This document shows positions 21,901-34,658 of a stretch of DNA of 64,000 nucleotides, one piece after another. The stretch is from the NCBI GenBank assembly GCA_039621445.1, contig CP154954.1, forward strand, positions 24,502,954 through 24,566,953, read 5' to 3'. The position numbers were made by a program, and so were the translations under genes. Each line of letters opens with the position of its first letter. The first letter of the stretch is position 1. The notes beneath the pieces are model-generated. The model was not told where the DNA came from, did no database searches, and worked only from the letters and a program-made list of their open reading frames with translations. Source of the stretch: Euglena gracilis. Its lineage: Eukaryota.

Positions 21901-24434
21901 GGCCCCAATTCTCTTCTGGGGGGGGGGATGTTGTGGGACCAATCCTCACCCACCCCGACGCCCCGTCCCAAGTTAGCTAAACCGCCCAATCTCCACCTGC
22001 TTCAACTGCTGCCCAGTCACTCAAAAGTCTGGATCACTCACTCAAACTTCAGGCTTCCAGCCACCGTTTTTTTTTCCGTTGGGGCTCCAGTCCCCTTCCC
22101 ATTTTTTTTGAGGGCTGTACAAAGCGTCACGGTTTTCGTTGCTATGTATGTATTTTTGTATTTATTTTTGATTAGGCCAGTTTTTACGAATACTGAGGGG
22201 ATGTTGGGGGCCGCGCCACGTGTCGGTTGATAAACTCTGACTGAAAAACATCCTGGCTTGGAGAGTTATTCTGGAGAGAATGGTTGGATGAAACACCCCA
22301 CAACCAGGGTGTACGGTCCGATGGGGTGCAGGCGCGGGCTTCCGCGACCCGGGTGTTGGACCCACGTGACCCCTGTGGTCAGCAGCGGGCCAACCCAGTG
22401 TCAGCGGACTGCCTGCTGGACGTGCAGGGACGCCGCGGGCGCAGCCTGCGGATCCCGGCGCTGGTGGTGCGGTGGCTTTGGGAAACAGCCAAACTCTCTC
22501 CCATCTCCTTCGACGTTTATCGCGCATCGTTCTCGTTGGGCTTTCTTGCACAGCATTCGATGATGGCGGGTGGATCCGCAAATGAAACATCCCAATGCAG
22601 ATGAAAACCCGTTCAGCTGCGTTGTTTTTTCGGTGTTTCTCTCCCGCCAGAGGTCGCCTAATCTTTCTGAAGCAGCAAGTCGTTTGACCTTTGAATGAAC
22701 AATGGCACCAAAGCAAATGATATTGTTATTGCTTTTCCCCAGCCAGCTTATTGTTTTTGTTTGCAAAAGAAATGGTTTTATCGTTCTGCCTTTACAAGGC
22801 TGGCCACCCTTGAAGAAGCACGTCAGGATGCTGTGCATTTGCACAGCAACGGTCTCAAAATTAATTTTGTTTTTTTAAGTTTAAACAGTGAAGTTACTGA
22901 GATAGGGGGAGAGTGGAAACACAGGGTATTGCACCGTACACCCCTCCTGAACGAGTAAACACTCCAATGGCAGGCAATGTATTGTACCTCATTTTTCGAC
23001 AAAATGACCCCCAAAATTTGACATCGGCATCTGAATGAACCAATTTTCACAATTGCACAAGTAGTTCTTTTGAGCAATTGCTCACAGGATACCCTTGCGC
23101 ACATGTGGGAACCGCCCGTTCTGCCCATCGAGCAAATGGACGCCTCCCACTAATGTGTATGTGGTCCATGTGTGAAATTGCGCAAACGGACCACCATTTT
23201 TTTTAATGTCAAAGCCTATGGTATCGTGAGGATTTGGTCTCACATGGCCCAAATCAGTCACCCAGCATCCCACGTTTGAGGCAGTTTGCCGTGTGCTGTG
23301 GAGCACCTTCTGCCATCCAAGCACCTCTGATGATGCTGAGCATCGCTAGGCGATGCTGAGCGATGCTGGGCGATGCTGGCTTGGAGACCAGAAGTGGTGT
23401 TCCGATGCCGGGCGATGCTGGGCGGTGCTGGCATTTTTTTTGTATATTTTGAAGATTTAAACACATTAAGATAAATTTCCCACAAATCTCCAATATTACA
23501 CCCATCTTGGCTATTTTGGATTAGTTTTTCTAATTTGGGGTCTATTTTGCAATTATTTGGACAAAATTTGTGCTGATTTGAGTCAATATGAGCGCGTTTA
23601 TGGCATTTTTGGCCATTTTATGTCATTTTTTTGATTTTGGGTTATTTTTCACATTTTTTTGTGGACATTGTTGGCATTTTTGGGCTATTTTAGGTTTTTT
23701 CAAGCCAATTTAGGTCATTTTTGTTGCTTTTGGAATACTTGATTAGTGCGGTGGATGCAGATACTGGATTGGCCAAAATTATACTGGATTGGTATAAAAT
23801 TGGCTTTGGCCGATGGTCTAAAATTGGTTTAAGGCCACCAAAATGGCCTTAAAGGGGCCAAAGGCAGTCAAAAGTGGCCAGAAAACAATCAGAAGCAATC
23901 AAAAGCATCAAGCAGTAGCCGCAGCCAAAAGCGGCCAAAGGTGGGTGAAATTGGGCAAAGTGGCCAAAGTGGCCAAGAGTGGTCAAATATTGCACAAGTG
24001 GGCAAATGACCAAAAGTGGACAAAAGTGGATGCAGATGCTGTAGTGGATGCTCTGGATGCGGGTATCTGAGTGGATGCGGGTGTGGGAGTTACCACCACC
24101 AAGGCTTTAAGGGCGATGCAGGGCGATGCTGGGTTGACCGACCTCTGGGGGGTGCTTTTTGGCTCAACCACAAAAATGGTCACCTGGGCTTTTGGCTGTG
24201 AAGGCTCCGCGGAGGCTGGCTACCAATTCCATTGAAAATTGAAAATTTCTTTTAGTCAATAAATGACCCCCAGACTAGCACAAGGCAATCAAGGTGCAGT
24301 CTGGCGGCTCAGAATTGCAGGCGGAGTGTAAGTTTGACCTTTGGGGTACCAGCAAGCACCTCTGGTCAGCCATGCTCTTGGGCCCCACAGGCTGCAGACG
24401 TCACGTGCCCTCTGCTCCCCCCCCCAGGCTGAGG

Positions 24435-24513
24435 ATGGGCTGCGCTGCCTCACATGTCACGGCCGCTGCCCGGCCGGGCCTACTCGCGGCCTCTCCGGCG
24501 GCGCACTCGGCAG
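24435..24513 (+). CDS. Paralog 2, exon 1 (MGCAASHVTAAARPGLLAASPAAHSA)
   Basis: ATG 7 nt after CCCCCCAG; GC-rich; ends at CAG|GCATGT (GC donor, phase 1) compatible with the acceptor at 32225. Confidence 0.6.
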
Positions 24514-24929
24514 GCATGTGCTCTACATTTGCACATGTTTTCTGTTTGCTCAATCTTCCTTGGTCTCATCCTCGCTGCTGTAGCAAATTTTCTTTTAGAG
24601 TTTGTGTTTTTTTTTAGAGTAGCACCACCTGATTATATTTCCAATTTAGTGCCGGAAGGCGATGAAATAGTATTGGAAAGAAATTTCGCTTTTTCCGTTT
24701 TGTTGCTATGTCAGAAATTCAACATTTTCTGTCTAAAGAATTGTGCCTGGCCTGTGACTTTGATTTTGAATGTGACACCATTCCAAGACGGTTGGTTGTA
24801 ATGCCAGGGTTACAAGACGAAAGCCCAAGGGCCTGAAGTTATAACGTTGTCGAGTAATCGCCCAGCTGCACTAATACCCCGTTTTCCACCAGATGTATTT
24901 CAGATACATCTGTACACCCCCCAGCAGCT

Positions 24930-25400
24930 ACAAAAGCGCATCCCGGCTTTTACACACACACCCTGGTTTTTTTAGCCAATATGGCCGTTCTGTACACTTT
25001 TTCCGATTTACCGTTTTGGGCCAAAAAAAAGTCGAAAAAATCGAAAAAAAATCGATTTTTTTTTGCCCAGAAGCATGTTTTTAAGGCCTCCCGGACCCCG
25101 AAAAAGTGTTTCCGAGCTGAAAACGAGCGTTTTTGTTGTTTTTTTTTGACCCCCAGCTCCCCGTTTTTGGCCCGAAACCAATTGACTTAGGGTGATTTTC
25201 GGGGAAAAAAAAGTCGAAAAAATCAAAAAAAACGAAACGATGTTTTTTTTGGCCTCCTGGGCCCGGAAAAAAAATGTTTTTTGGGCCGAAAATGAGTGTT
25301 TTTCGACCTGCCAGCCCCCCCCCCTCCCCGTTTTGAGCCGCCAACCCATTGACTTTGGGTCATATCTGGGTAATACCTACTCCCGAAATTCCAAAAAAAA
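24930..25400. repeat. Dispersed AT/poly-A-rich repeat; relatives at ~46040-46520 and ~58790-59310
   Basis: Shared GGCCTCCCGGACC..GAAAA and GCCGAAAATGAGTGTTTTTCGACC blocks. Boundaries approximate. Confidence 0.65.
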
Positions 25401-26633
25401 AAGTATTACCTGGCAATTTTTCATAATTTTTTTGGAAGAATCCTTTTGCGGGTTAGTTTCCTGATCTTAGGCAGCCAATTAGGACAGTGTTTTTTTTGCC
25501 ATTAGTGGCATGAATTTACGCTATGTTGTGCAGGTGTCTTTTTCAGGCATTTTAATTTTGTAACTGTTAAGTTTTACAGGGAGTTTGCTTTCCTAATGCT
25601 TCTGTGAATTGTTCTCTGTAGTGGAGCCCTCAGATTTGTCCATTGTTTCTCGCATGATATTGATGTTTGCTTGTTGGAAGGTGTGCGTTCTGTGAAGTAG
25701 TTCCGGATGTTGTTCTGATTTATGTCGCTTGTATGCTGAAATTGTGGTGTTTTGGCATACATTCTGTTGTTTTTGATTGGATTGTTGTCCAGGTGTAATT
25801 TCTTGTGGTTTTTTTGTTCCTGATGCGACATTGCCATTGCCCTCTTTTTTTTTCAAGGACCGTGTGCATTGCTTGTGGTTCGCTCGCATGTTGTTTGTGA
25901 ATGTCATTATATTTGATGGTGTTTCTCACAGTTGATGAATTTCTCTTTGTTTTAGTGGGGAAAATGTTCTTTTTTGATGTGTTGTTTCGCATTTCACCTG
26001 CTTCGGTATGTGTTTCTGAAAGGGTGTTGTTCCACTGGTGGCATAATTGAGCACTTTTTGAAGCATAAATTACTTTTTTATGCCACTGGGGGCATAAAAA
26101 AGGAAAAGGGATGTTCAAATGTGCTTTTTTTTTTGAGACTCCTCTTCTGTATGCTTGGTAGATGCTGTTTTTACAGTTACACACCTGAAAATGCTTATTT
26201 TTTGGCCAACAGCTGATTGTTTTTGCCACCAGTGTCAAAAGACGCTCTGAATGTCTGGTGACGTGTCTAACGGAAGGTGATCTGAAATGAAGTGTATATT
26301 TGTATATGTTTGCATTCGTTTGAATGAAGCCAGTGACGTGCGGTTTCCTGGTTTCCTTGCCAGAACGCATTCATCTTCATTTTCTACCTTGCAGGTGTGG
26401 TTCAAGGCCAGAAGTCCTTTGAAGACCCTTCCTCTTCTTCTTCAGCGTGGCCCAAGTTTCAAGCTCCAGTCTTCCATCCTGATCATCATCCTCACCTCCA
26501 GCTGAACAGTGTTTTGCAACACCTGGCTACCACACTCTCTGGTCTGAATATGTTTTTGCAGTGCATATGGTTGGCCCCTTCTGTTGCCCCTTTTTGGCTG
26601 CGTTGATAGTCTGTTTTCCCTTTTTCATCGTAG

Positions 26634-28620
26634 ACAGAAACCATAATGGCGAAATTTGTGTGAAATCCCGCACAGGTGTCTGCATTGACTTGCAACACGC
26701 TTTTGCAATTGCCAAGGATGCTTTCACGTGTGCTGTGGGTGGGCAGCACCAAGCCCCTCATTATGCGGTGCATAACTTCTTTCGTGGTGCATTTTACCTG
26801 TATTTGAGCCTACGGCGCCTCGTAATACCACGGGCCCCATTCATTGAGAATAGCGTCTCCCGTCTACCCCTCAGCCGGGCTGATCGACGTGTATTGGCTC
26901 CCACCGGGTTGGTGCCCTACGCCGCATACACTGTTGCACAGCAGGCAACTAATTCCCTCCTAGACGTTTGGGCTGAGATCAAGGGTAAAACCGTCGGAGT
27001 TTGGGTGGACAATTTCTATAAGCGACGCTTTGGGGTGAATCCTGGGAACACAGACACGTCTCTGAATAGTACCGCAGTTGCCGTCCTGCTTAACACTCCC
27101 ACGTTGGGAACGTGACAAGGTTATCCTTCTGTGATCACTCTGCTCCAGAGGGTCAACGTTGCCAGTTCTTCTTTCACCGTCTCTGACAAGGAGCTTATGT
27201 CGTTTGTACAGGGTGCTTTCATGGGTTTCACGGCAGAAGCAATTCGCGTTCCTCTAGATGTTCCGAGGGGCAAGATCCGTGGCCCCAAATGCTGTGATTT
27301 GTCGCTAGAACCCCATGGAACAGCTAGCCACGTGGATTTGCTCAAAACCCTCAAGGTGGTCTTCCAGGTTCAGCAGCACACTGAACATGTGATAACGTTG
27401 CTGTCGGATGAGAACATACACTCCCGTGTGATACGATGGATGTACAGCCGAACGTACCGTCATCTAGCCATTCGCGAGCATCTGCAAAGCTGTGTTTTGT
27501 TGTATGGGGTGTGGCATGCTTACAAGAATGTTTGCCTCCATCTGCACCGCGTGTTCTTTCACATTTGGATTTACCTGGACAAGGGCTTGGTGGTACCCAC
27601 AGACGCTGTTCCATTGCCTCGTGTGAACGGTGTTCAAAAACTCGGCCATATCGAACGTCTTGTTGCGACAATCTTGCTCCTGCCAATGTTTGACCAAGAG
27701 ATTGACCGCGTACGTGCTTTGTTTTATCGCGTGACACGGTCATCCACTGTCGGCCAAACAGGTTCTATGTCCTCAGACCAGTCTGTTGCACGAAAGGAGT
27801 TGTTGTATGCCTCGAGTTTGGCAGAGAATAAAGGCAAACGAGTTCGGTTGCTCCTGTACCAATTGTTGCAATTTTGGCTACTGATGACTGATTTCTGTCC
27901 AGCATTGTTTGTTATTGGATACAAGGTTCGTACATGCACATGGGACGGGCGTAAGCTGGGGTCGGGTGCTTGTGCTCGCCAAGCTCTTCAGTGGTCATTT
28001 TCTATGCTGATCCGGTTACATCCGACAGATTATTTAAGGGTCCGTCACGTGAAGACAATCACACAAGCACTCTTCTCTTATTCTGGAGGTCGTGGCACGA
28101 TGTGGCTCCAGGAGTGGTCCACTGTGAAGAGCCATGTGAGGCACACCTCAGCAAAGTTACACGAACAATGAGACGATTTGGTGCACATTTGGGCCAAGAA
28201 GACTACTCGAATATGTTCTTGCTCACACCACCTAGTAGGAAGATGAGGGAGCACTGTGCCAGCGTTCCGGAACGTGTCCGTTGTGTCGTTTGTGAACATG
28301 TCCTGGATTTCGTGAAATCATCATTTATCCTGCCTACTGTGCGATGGACATCAAATGGCTCGATTTCCATCCCGGACATCATGTCATACACCACAGAACA
28401 GCCCCTTGTTCCTTTGCTGAGGCCCGTAGCGGAGGAAAGCATCACGGCGTTGCTACGCAGTAACTTGCGAACCCTGGTGCAAGAGCATAAGGCAACATCT
28501 GCGTTTGTAAGCATGTTGTAATCAATGTTCCAAAGAAGGTTATTGGAACGAATACATGAGGAGGAGGAAGTGTTGCAGCGGTTGGAATTTGAGCTGCAGA
28601 ATACAGGTCCAAGGCTTTCA
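26634..28620 (+). pseudogene. DDE-type transposase pseudogene, Academ/DUF6589-like motif order
   Basis: ORFs 26561-27115 and 27131-28171 are in one frame split by TGA; frameshift near 28075 into ORF 27970-28521 and stop-separated 28525+. Motifs VWVDNFY, LLSDENIH, LYGVWHAYK and EEPCE fit DN / D / GxxH / E. Confidence 0.7.
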
Positions 28621-29158
28621 TGTAGCGACATCGAGCAGTTTCTCAGCCGCAGTGCTTGTCGGATGTGGTACAGCTGGCACGTATCGTGCCCGGACCTTCC
28701 ATTCCGTTCATGCAGAACGACGCAATCCTAGCCTGGTGTGGTCATCATATTGGTGTCCAACCAATGGTGAACAAAGGCTGCATGATCTTTGTGAGAGGGT
28801 TCTTCTTCACAATGGGATTAGGGCAATTTGTACAGTCAGGCTCATGCTATGTGGATCACCTTGTTTTCATCCAGTTCCGTCAATTTATGACTCTAGTGGA
28901 ATAAGTTGAACTTAGGACGCCATGTCCCATGCTGCTTTTTGGCGCACCACATCTTGAAACGTGTTGATTACTCCAGTTTCAATTTATGACATTAGTGGCA
29001 CAAGTTGACAGGATTTTGGATGGGGAATGTCATTGTCTGAAATGTCATACGAAAGGGAATGGATGGTCAGGCACTCTGTGCAAATCTGCTAGGTTGTTAG
29101 TTTTCATTGTAGATGCGCCATCATGACCATGCCAGTTCCTGCTGAAGTTACACACCTC

Positions 29159-31252
29159 ATGGCCATGGTCCCCAAGTTGCCCGCCGTCAAAGTGTCAACA
29201 AGGAAGTGGAAGCTCCCATTGATGGAACAGGACATGCTGAAGAGAATCCCAAAGGGGGACTAACTCCGCAAGGCCCGTCTGTGGACTGCAGAAGAATACA
29301 AGACTGCCCGAGATGTTCTCGGACGACCTCCCCTCCAGCTGGAAGTGCAGGATGATGGATGCATGACGAAGGTGGCAATAGCTGCCACAGACTCTGGCAT
29401 CAACATCTTCCCTCGAACACCAGCACTGCCCAAGACAATCTCCACACTGCCATTTCGAGCTGTCCTAATTGACCTGCGGTCGGTTGAAGCAGACGACGTG
29501 GTGTAGTGCATGGACAATGTGCCAAGGACTGTCTGTCCTTCCAGTCATTCTGTTCGGCAGGCCAGACATTGTGGATATGGCAACCCTGCGCCGCATCCAC
29601 GTGCTTGGGGAAAGCTGGAGTGGAGAGCGACGGACGTTCATCGTCTGGACTGCGGACAAGGATGCCATGCACACAGCAGCCCGCCGGCAGATCGTTATAT
29701 TCACGCCAGATGTAGGAGAGCTCCGTCGACGACAGCCTCACTATTTCAATATCGCACATGCCGAGCCACCAACCCTTGGATGGGTTGCCATCTTCGGATA
29801 CCTGCAGGCCCTGCTGCTGCCAGATAACAATGATGAGAGCACCTCCCAGAGCGCGGACTGGCTGTACGTCATCAGCGACGACGTGGCACTGGCGGTGTTG
29901 CTCAGCACCAGACTGGACAACACACCATCTGTAGCCCTCTGTCCGTTGCGCAGTGAGGAGTCCATCCCGGATATCGCAGGACATATGAGCGAGGCTCTCA
30001 AGGGGACCCAGAACATCCCGGTGTTACAGTGGACAAAGATCATGGAGCGGACCATCGCCCTGACACCGATCTTTGAGATGGTGCAGCAAGCAGATGTGGC
30101 AGAGAACCTCGACAGTGTGAGCAGTGACAGCGAGATCAACATGCCCTTCATGCTCTTGCCTCCCAACCCGAAGCCGCCTGCGAAACGCCGTGCGAAACCT
30201 GGTGCAGAGGGAACACCACTAAAGCCGTTCAAAGTACCACAGGCCAGACAGTGCAAAGAGAAAGAGAAAGAGGCGCCAAAAGACAAGGACCCAAGGAAGG
30301 ACAAGGATCAGGGGAAGAGGATGCAGACCACAGCGGAGCCCTGGCCAAGCGAGGAGCCGAAGCCATCGGCACCATCGTCAGGCACGCCAGCCGCAGCCCT
30401 CACTGCTTCTGAGTTAACACGGCGCTTGTCTGGCAGTGTCTTAAGGAAGCCCATCCACTAGCACGCCCCCGAGAGAAACGCAGCCATTCTGCACAAGTGA
30501 TGTTCCCGTGACATGCGCGCTGAACGTGAGTGGTGAGTGTTGTCCCCCCTCCATGAAACCCCTCCATTAATTTGGAAAAGAATGGCTGCGTGGGCCGAAA
30601 TGTGACAGCATGTTTGTGTGTGCCTGTGTGTGTGCGCGCCGCTGTCCCAATGGAGGGAAAGGGAAGGACCCAAGGGACACCCAAAGGGACTGCTGAAGAC
30701 GACCGTCAGGAATTTCTCTGTGCCACATGCTTCGCAGACAGATTGAAAGTTGGTATTCCAATGCAACCTTTCGTGTGCATGGATTTGACACAAATTTCTA
30801 TTTTGAATACTGCGCCACCCCCCCCCTTTTCGCACACTGCCAAATGGAGGCTAAAGGTGAATGTGGGACAATCCACTGAGCCTCAATACCATTTAGGCAA
30901 TTTGCAAGACCCACCCCATCAGTCAGGTTTTGTCCGCATTCAACAGTGAGTCCAGTACAGGACAATATATTGCCTGTGTAATCTGATCATCTGGGATGAT
31001 GGGACTGGGGAATTTTTTGGATGGTTCAGAATGTCCATGCACGGATGAATAATGGGAGAACACATTTTGGAGAGCAATCCGGAGCCTCGTGCTAAAACAC
31101 CAGTGTATGCACTCTTCATTACCGCGTGCCCTCCCCACTTTTTCATTCTTCTTTTCCATCACAGCTTCCAATCCCCCTCTGCATGTTCGCTGGGACGCAT
31201 TGCAACAAGTGCAGATGATCAAGGTATGCTCTGGTCCATGGAAACAGAGTGA
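29159..31252 (+). pseudogene. Transposon accessory ORF2 (disrupted): possible PIN/NYN-like domain, K/E/P-rich linker, Cys-finger-like region
   Basis: 330-aa ORF 29469-30461 with GC3-rich coding look, extendable upstream through stops/frameshift (RAVLIDLRSV) and downstream (EWLRGPKCDSMFVCAC, EFLCATC). Confidence 0.55.
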
Positions 31253-32143
31253 GCAGTGTCCTATGACCAGTAATTTCCCTTCCTGGGTTTATTTTTGGAG
31301 GCCTGGTGCAAGATGCATATTGGCGTGTAAAATCCCTTTCACAGAGAAAATGATGCCTACACAGAAGAGTATAACAAGAACGTACACACGAAATATGTCA
31401 CGCACATCGCCAAGAGGTCGCTTGTGAGTCAAAAACTTTATGCCACTAGTGGCATAAATTTTTGTACTAGTTGGCCGCCTAAGCTGATCTGTCTGGCTTC
31501 GAGGCATGGCACAAACCTGGGATCGCACTGAACACTAACCCCCCTGCCATATCTTACCATTCCCCTTCCTTGGGCCGTGGGTTTGTTGTGATTGGGGTCA
31601 GCGGGAGGTTTTAGGGATCCGCTGGGCGGGGAGTTGTGGGGAAATAAAAATACCGGTGGATGGGGCATTCCAAGGGCTTCAAATTAGGTCTCCGGACATT
31701 TCCTTTGATTTTGCATCATTTTCGAGATATGTTGAAATTTTTTGATTTTTTTTGCCCGAACTGGCAGAGTCCAAAGGGGGGGGGCAATCCTACCCAGTTT
31801 GGACCCCTTCGCGCGTGAATAACTCAGGCCTGGCGGGGAGTTCGGGGTCAACCCAGGGTGATTCAGAAACTAGGAATCCAGTCGCTCGCCACTGAAAAAA
31901 AAATCCGGGAACGGGGCCGGGATCAGGCGGGGCCGGGATCGTAAGGAAACCCTGATCTGGGTCAGGCTTGTGCTTAGTCGGGTGCCTACCCCACGGGGGG
32001 GGGGGGGGGCTAGGGGCAGGCACCGCATAGCACCCCTGCCGACCCCCCCGGGGGGATAGGGTTTCGGGGTGGGTTGGGCAGGCACCCATGTCTGCCGACC
32101 GATCACATTTTCTTTACCTTTTTGGCAAGGAGTGCTAGGTTTT

Positions 32144-32144
<1 letters not shown>

Positions 32145-32211
<67 letters not shown>
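32145..32211. repeat. (CT)n microsatellite, also the polypyrimidine tract of the acceptor at 32225
   Basis: Direct inspection. Confidence 0.95.
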
Positions 32212-32215
<4 letters not shown>

Positions 32216-32225
32216 CCGCACACAG

Positions 32226-32962
32226 CGGTAAAGGAGCCAGGCGGTTTCGGATCCAGCCGGGCTTTCCTTGTCGATGCCCCCGACGCCCGGCTGGTGGGGG
32301 CAGACCGCCTGGTGACGGGGCGCTCATGCTCCGCGGGTGGGCGCGTCATGGACCCCAAGGGTATGCGGACCCTCAGGGCCACCCACGGCTCCATCCAGGC
32401 GGGCGAGACATGGCCCCGTGGGCACCCACCTGGAGAGCGGCTCCGCGTGTTGCATGGCCCTCGGGTGCTGCCGTCACCCGAGGAACGGCCCAGGAACTCC
32501 GGTTGCCAGGAGCGGGGACCCTGGGGGCCACTCGCCCCACTCCTTGGCGTGAAGGTGGTCACCACTCTGGGATACTCTGGTCCACGGCCGGCGCCGATTG
32601 GGGTCCTGGCACCCCGTCAGCCCGCCTCCTTCACCCAGAGATGGGCCAGCCTTCCCGGAGCTACAGCCCGCGTAGAGCCACTTGCTTCGACCCCAAGCAA
32701 GGTATGGGGAGCCCGACCCGCGACTCACCAGGAGGGTCACGGGCTTCACCCACACGTGGCTCTTTCCTCTGTGCCGACTTGCACTGGAGGCTGTGCGGGC
32801 GGGACTTTGCGCTCGAGTCCTTGCAGGCCGAGAAGCACCACCTCGGTTGCTGCGTGGGGTGGCCTAGCTGATGTTAGTAAACCGCGTCAGCTCGCGGGAG
32901 CCCATATTCTTTTCGCCGTGGGCGGTGGCGGCGTCGGCTCACCCCAGACTCCTAGCCCCTAG
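32226..32962 (+). CDS. Paralog 2, putative exon 2 (Pro/Gly/Arg-rich); true 3' border may be an earlier donor
   Basis: CACACAG| acceptor after the (CT)n tract; phase 1 joins exon 1 in frame with GC-rich ORF 32069-32962. Confidence 0.55.
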
Positions 32963-33793
32963 CCGCCTTGGGCTGTGTGGGGAAGCGCTTCAGTCCCATG
33001 CGCCTGGCCTCGGAAGGCTCGCAAGCGCTAGGTGCCCGGAAGGAAGGCCGCGACTTTTGTTCCACCCGTTGTGTGGTGGTCTCTCTCTCTCAGTCATGTC
33101 TACTACAAAATGTGAATGTGGAATGATTGCCAACACCAATCTAATATTTGCCAAAATATATGGACCATTTTTTTGGCCGGTGGGGGGCATTGCCTCCATA
33201 CAGCTCGTTTTCTGTGACTGCCCCTTTCTTCCCCTCCCCCTTTTTTAGGTTTTTTAAAAGGACTGAGCTCTGCGCAGATGTGGCTTTTGTAATGGCCCCG
33301 GGTCTCTGCCCCTCACCCTGGCCCCGGGTTCGCAGATCCAACTCAATTAGGACTTTTTTCTTGACTTGGGCTTTGTGTTCAGCTGGTGGCTGTTCATAAT
33401 TTTGTGACCAACAGGGAGGTCGATAAACCCCATCTCGAGATTATTATTTCATGGTTTGATGAGACAAAAATGCTGGTTCCGGTTGGAACCCCCCCCTCCC
33501 CCGGAGCCGCTCTCGCCATTATATAAGCCTGTCCCCGGTACCCGGGAAATCGGCCATATCCTAGTTCTGGGCCAAAGAAGTCAGAGCACCTTCCTCCACT
33601 GACCAACGGAACCCCTGGAATGCCTGCAATGCAATGGAATTTGTCATGCACCTCAGGTTTTGGCGCTTGGAGTGTTTACAGTGGCTAGGTTTTCACTGGA
33701 AGGCAGGTGTGACTTCACCCACTGCTACATCAACCCGGCGTTGGTTTTCCTCCTGAAACTGGCCTGCGAATCGGGCCACGGGCGACGGCAATT

Positions 33794-33940
33794 TTGTGTG
33801 TGCCCCTGCGCGGCGTTGGACCGGGAGGGAGGGGCCCCACCTCGCCCCACCTCGCCGCCGTCATCGCCAGCCTCCCTTCCCTGCGCTGCTCTCCGCTGTT
33901 CGTGCCCAACCCTGCGGCTCGCTGCCTGGGTGGTGCTGGT
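33794..33940 (+). CDS. Paralog 2, downstream exon containing LAAVIAS
   Basis: CCTGCGCGGCGTTGGACCGGGAGG ... CTCGCCGCCGTCATCGCC, homologous to the 21750 and 62690 segments. Confidence 0.5.
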
Positions 33941-34200
33941 CAAGCACCTCCAGCGACAAATCCCGAAAATTCCCGACAATTCTGTTTGGACCACCCGCAG
34001 ATGGGGTTCCGACGAATCCAGGCAAATACCAACATATCCTGACAAATCCCGACAAAACCCTGACAAGTCCTGACAAATCCCGACGAATGACGACAAATTC
34101 CGACAAATCCCAAATCCCGAACAATTCCCAAATCTCGACAAATCCCGAAAAATCCGGCAAATCCCGACGGATCCCGACAAGAGCACCAAAATTTTTGTAA
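33941..34200 (+). mobile_element. CAAGCACC-family element left end with GACAAATCCC subterminal repeats; second short copy at ~42963-43075
   Basis: CAAGCACCTCCAGC(G/A)ACAAATCCCGA at both sites; right end not identified. Confidence 0.6.
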
Positions 34201-34329
34201 CAAGAGATGAAATTGCCCAGAGAAGATTGTCTTGGTCAGTCATTCGTTTACACAACCTGTTTTTTTTTTGCCATAGTTTTAGTCGATGATTTCAAACCCT
34301 TCTGCCAAGCTTCTTTCTGAGGTCTTGTA

Positions 34330-34511
34330 CATCCCCCCTTGTCCGTGATCCAACAAAGTATGGGGGAAATGCAGTTGACACACAATATATATTTGGAATA
34401 TGTTGGAGTATTTTGGCAGAAGGAGACCCACACCATTGCTCTTAATCACGGGTTTATAGGGTTTGACCAAAGTCGCCATTTTTTTTCTGCTTTATATGCC
34501 CTTTGGTCCAT

Positions 34512-34577
<66 letters not shown>

Positions 34578-34658
34578 CACACACACACATACACACACAC
34601 CCCGTGTCAAATGCATCTTCCCCGTACTTTTTCGAGTCAAGGACAAGGGGTGGGGATG
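34330..34658. mobile_element. TA-target MITE containing a (CA)n tract (34513-34600)
   Basis: TA|CATCCCCCCTTGTCC ... GGACAAGGGGTGGGGATG|TA; internal similarity to 141-280. Confidence 0.85.

Larger units (their letters stand above)
25466..31483 (+). mobile_element. Full-length decayed DNA transposon (6018 bp), Academ-like transposase, ~50-bp TIRs, 5-bp TSD
   Basis: Left CTTAGGCAGCCAATTAGGACA..TGCCATTAGTGGCATGAATTT; right end reverse complement CTTAGGCGGCCAACTAGTACA..TGCCACTAGTGGCATAAAGTTT; CTGAT at 25461-25465 and 31484-31488; two long disrupted ORFs inside. Confidence 0.88.

Noticed and set aside
29469-30461. ORF2 as a Fanzor/TnpB RNA-guided nuclease
   Set aside because: No RuvC I/II/III motif pattern (e.g. 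GIDxG, E, CxxC..CxxC..D.NAA) is visible.
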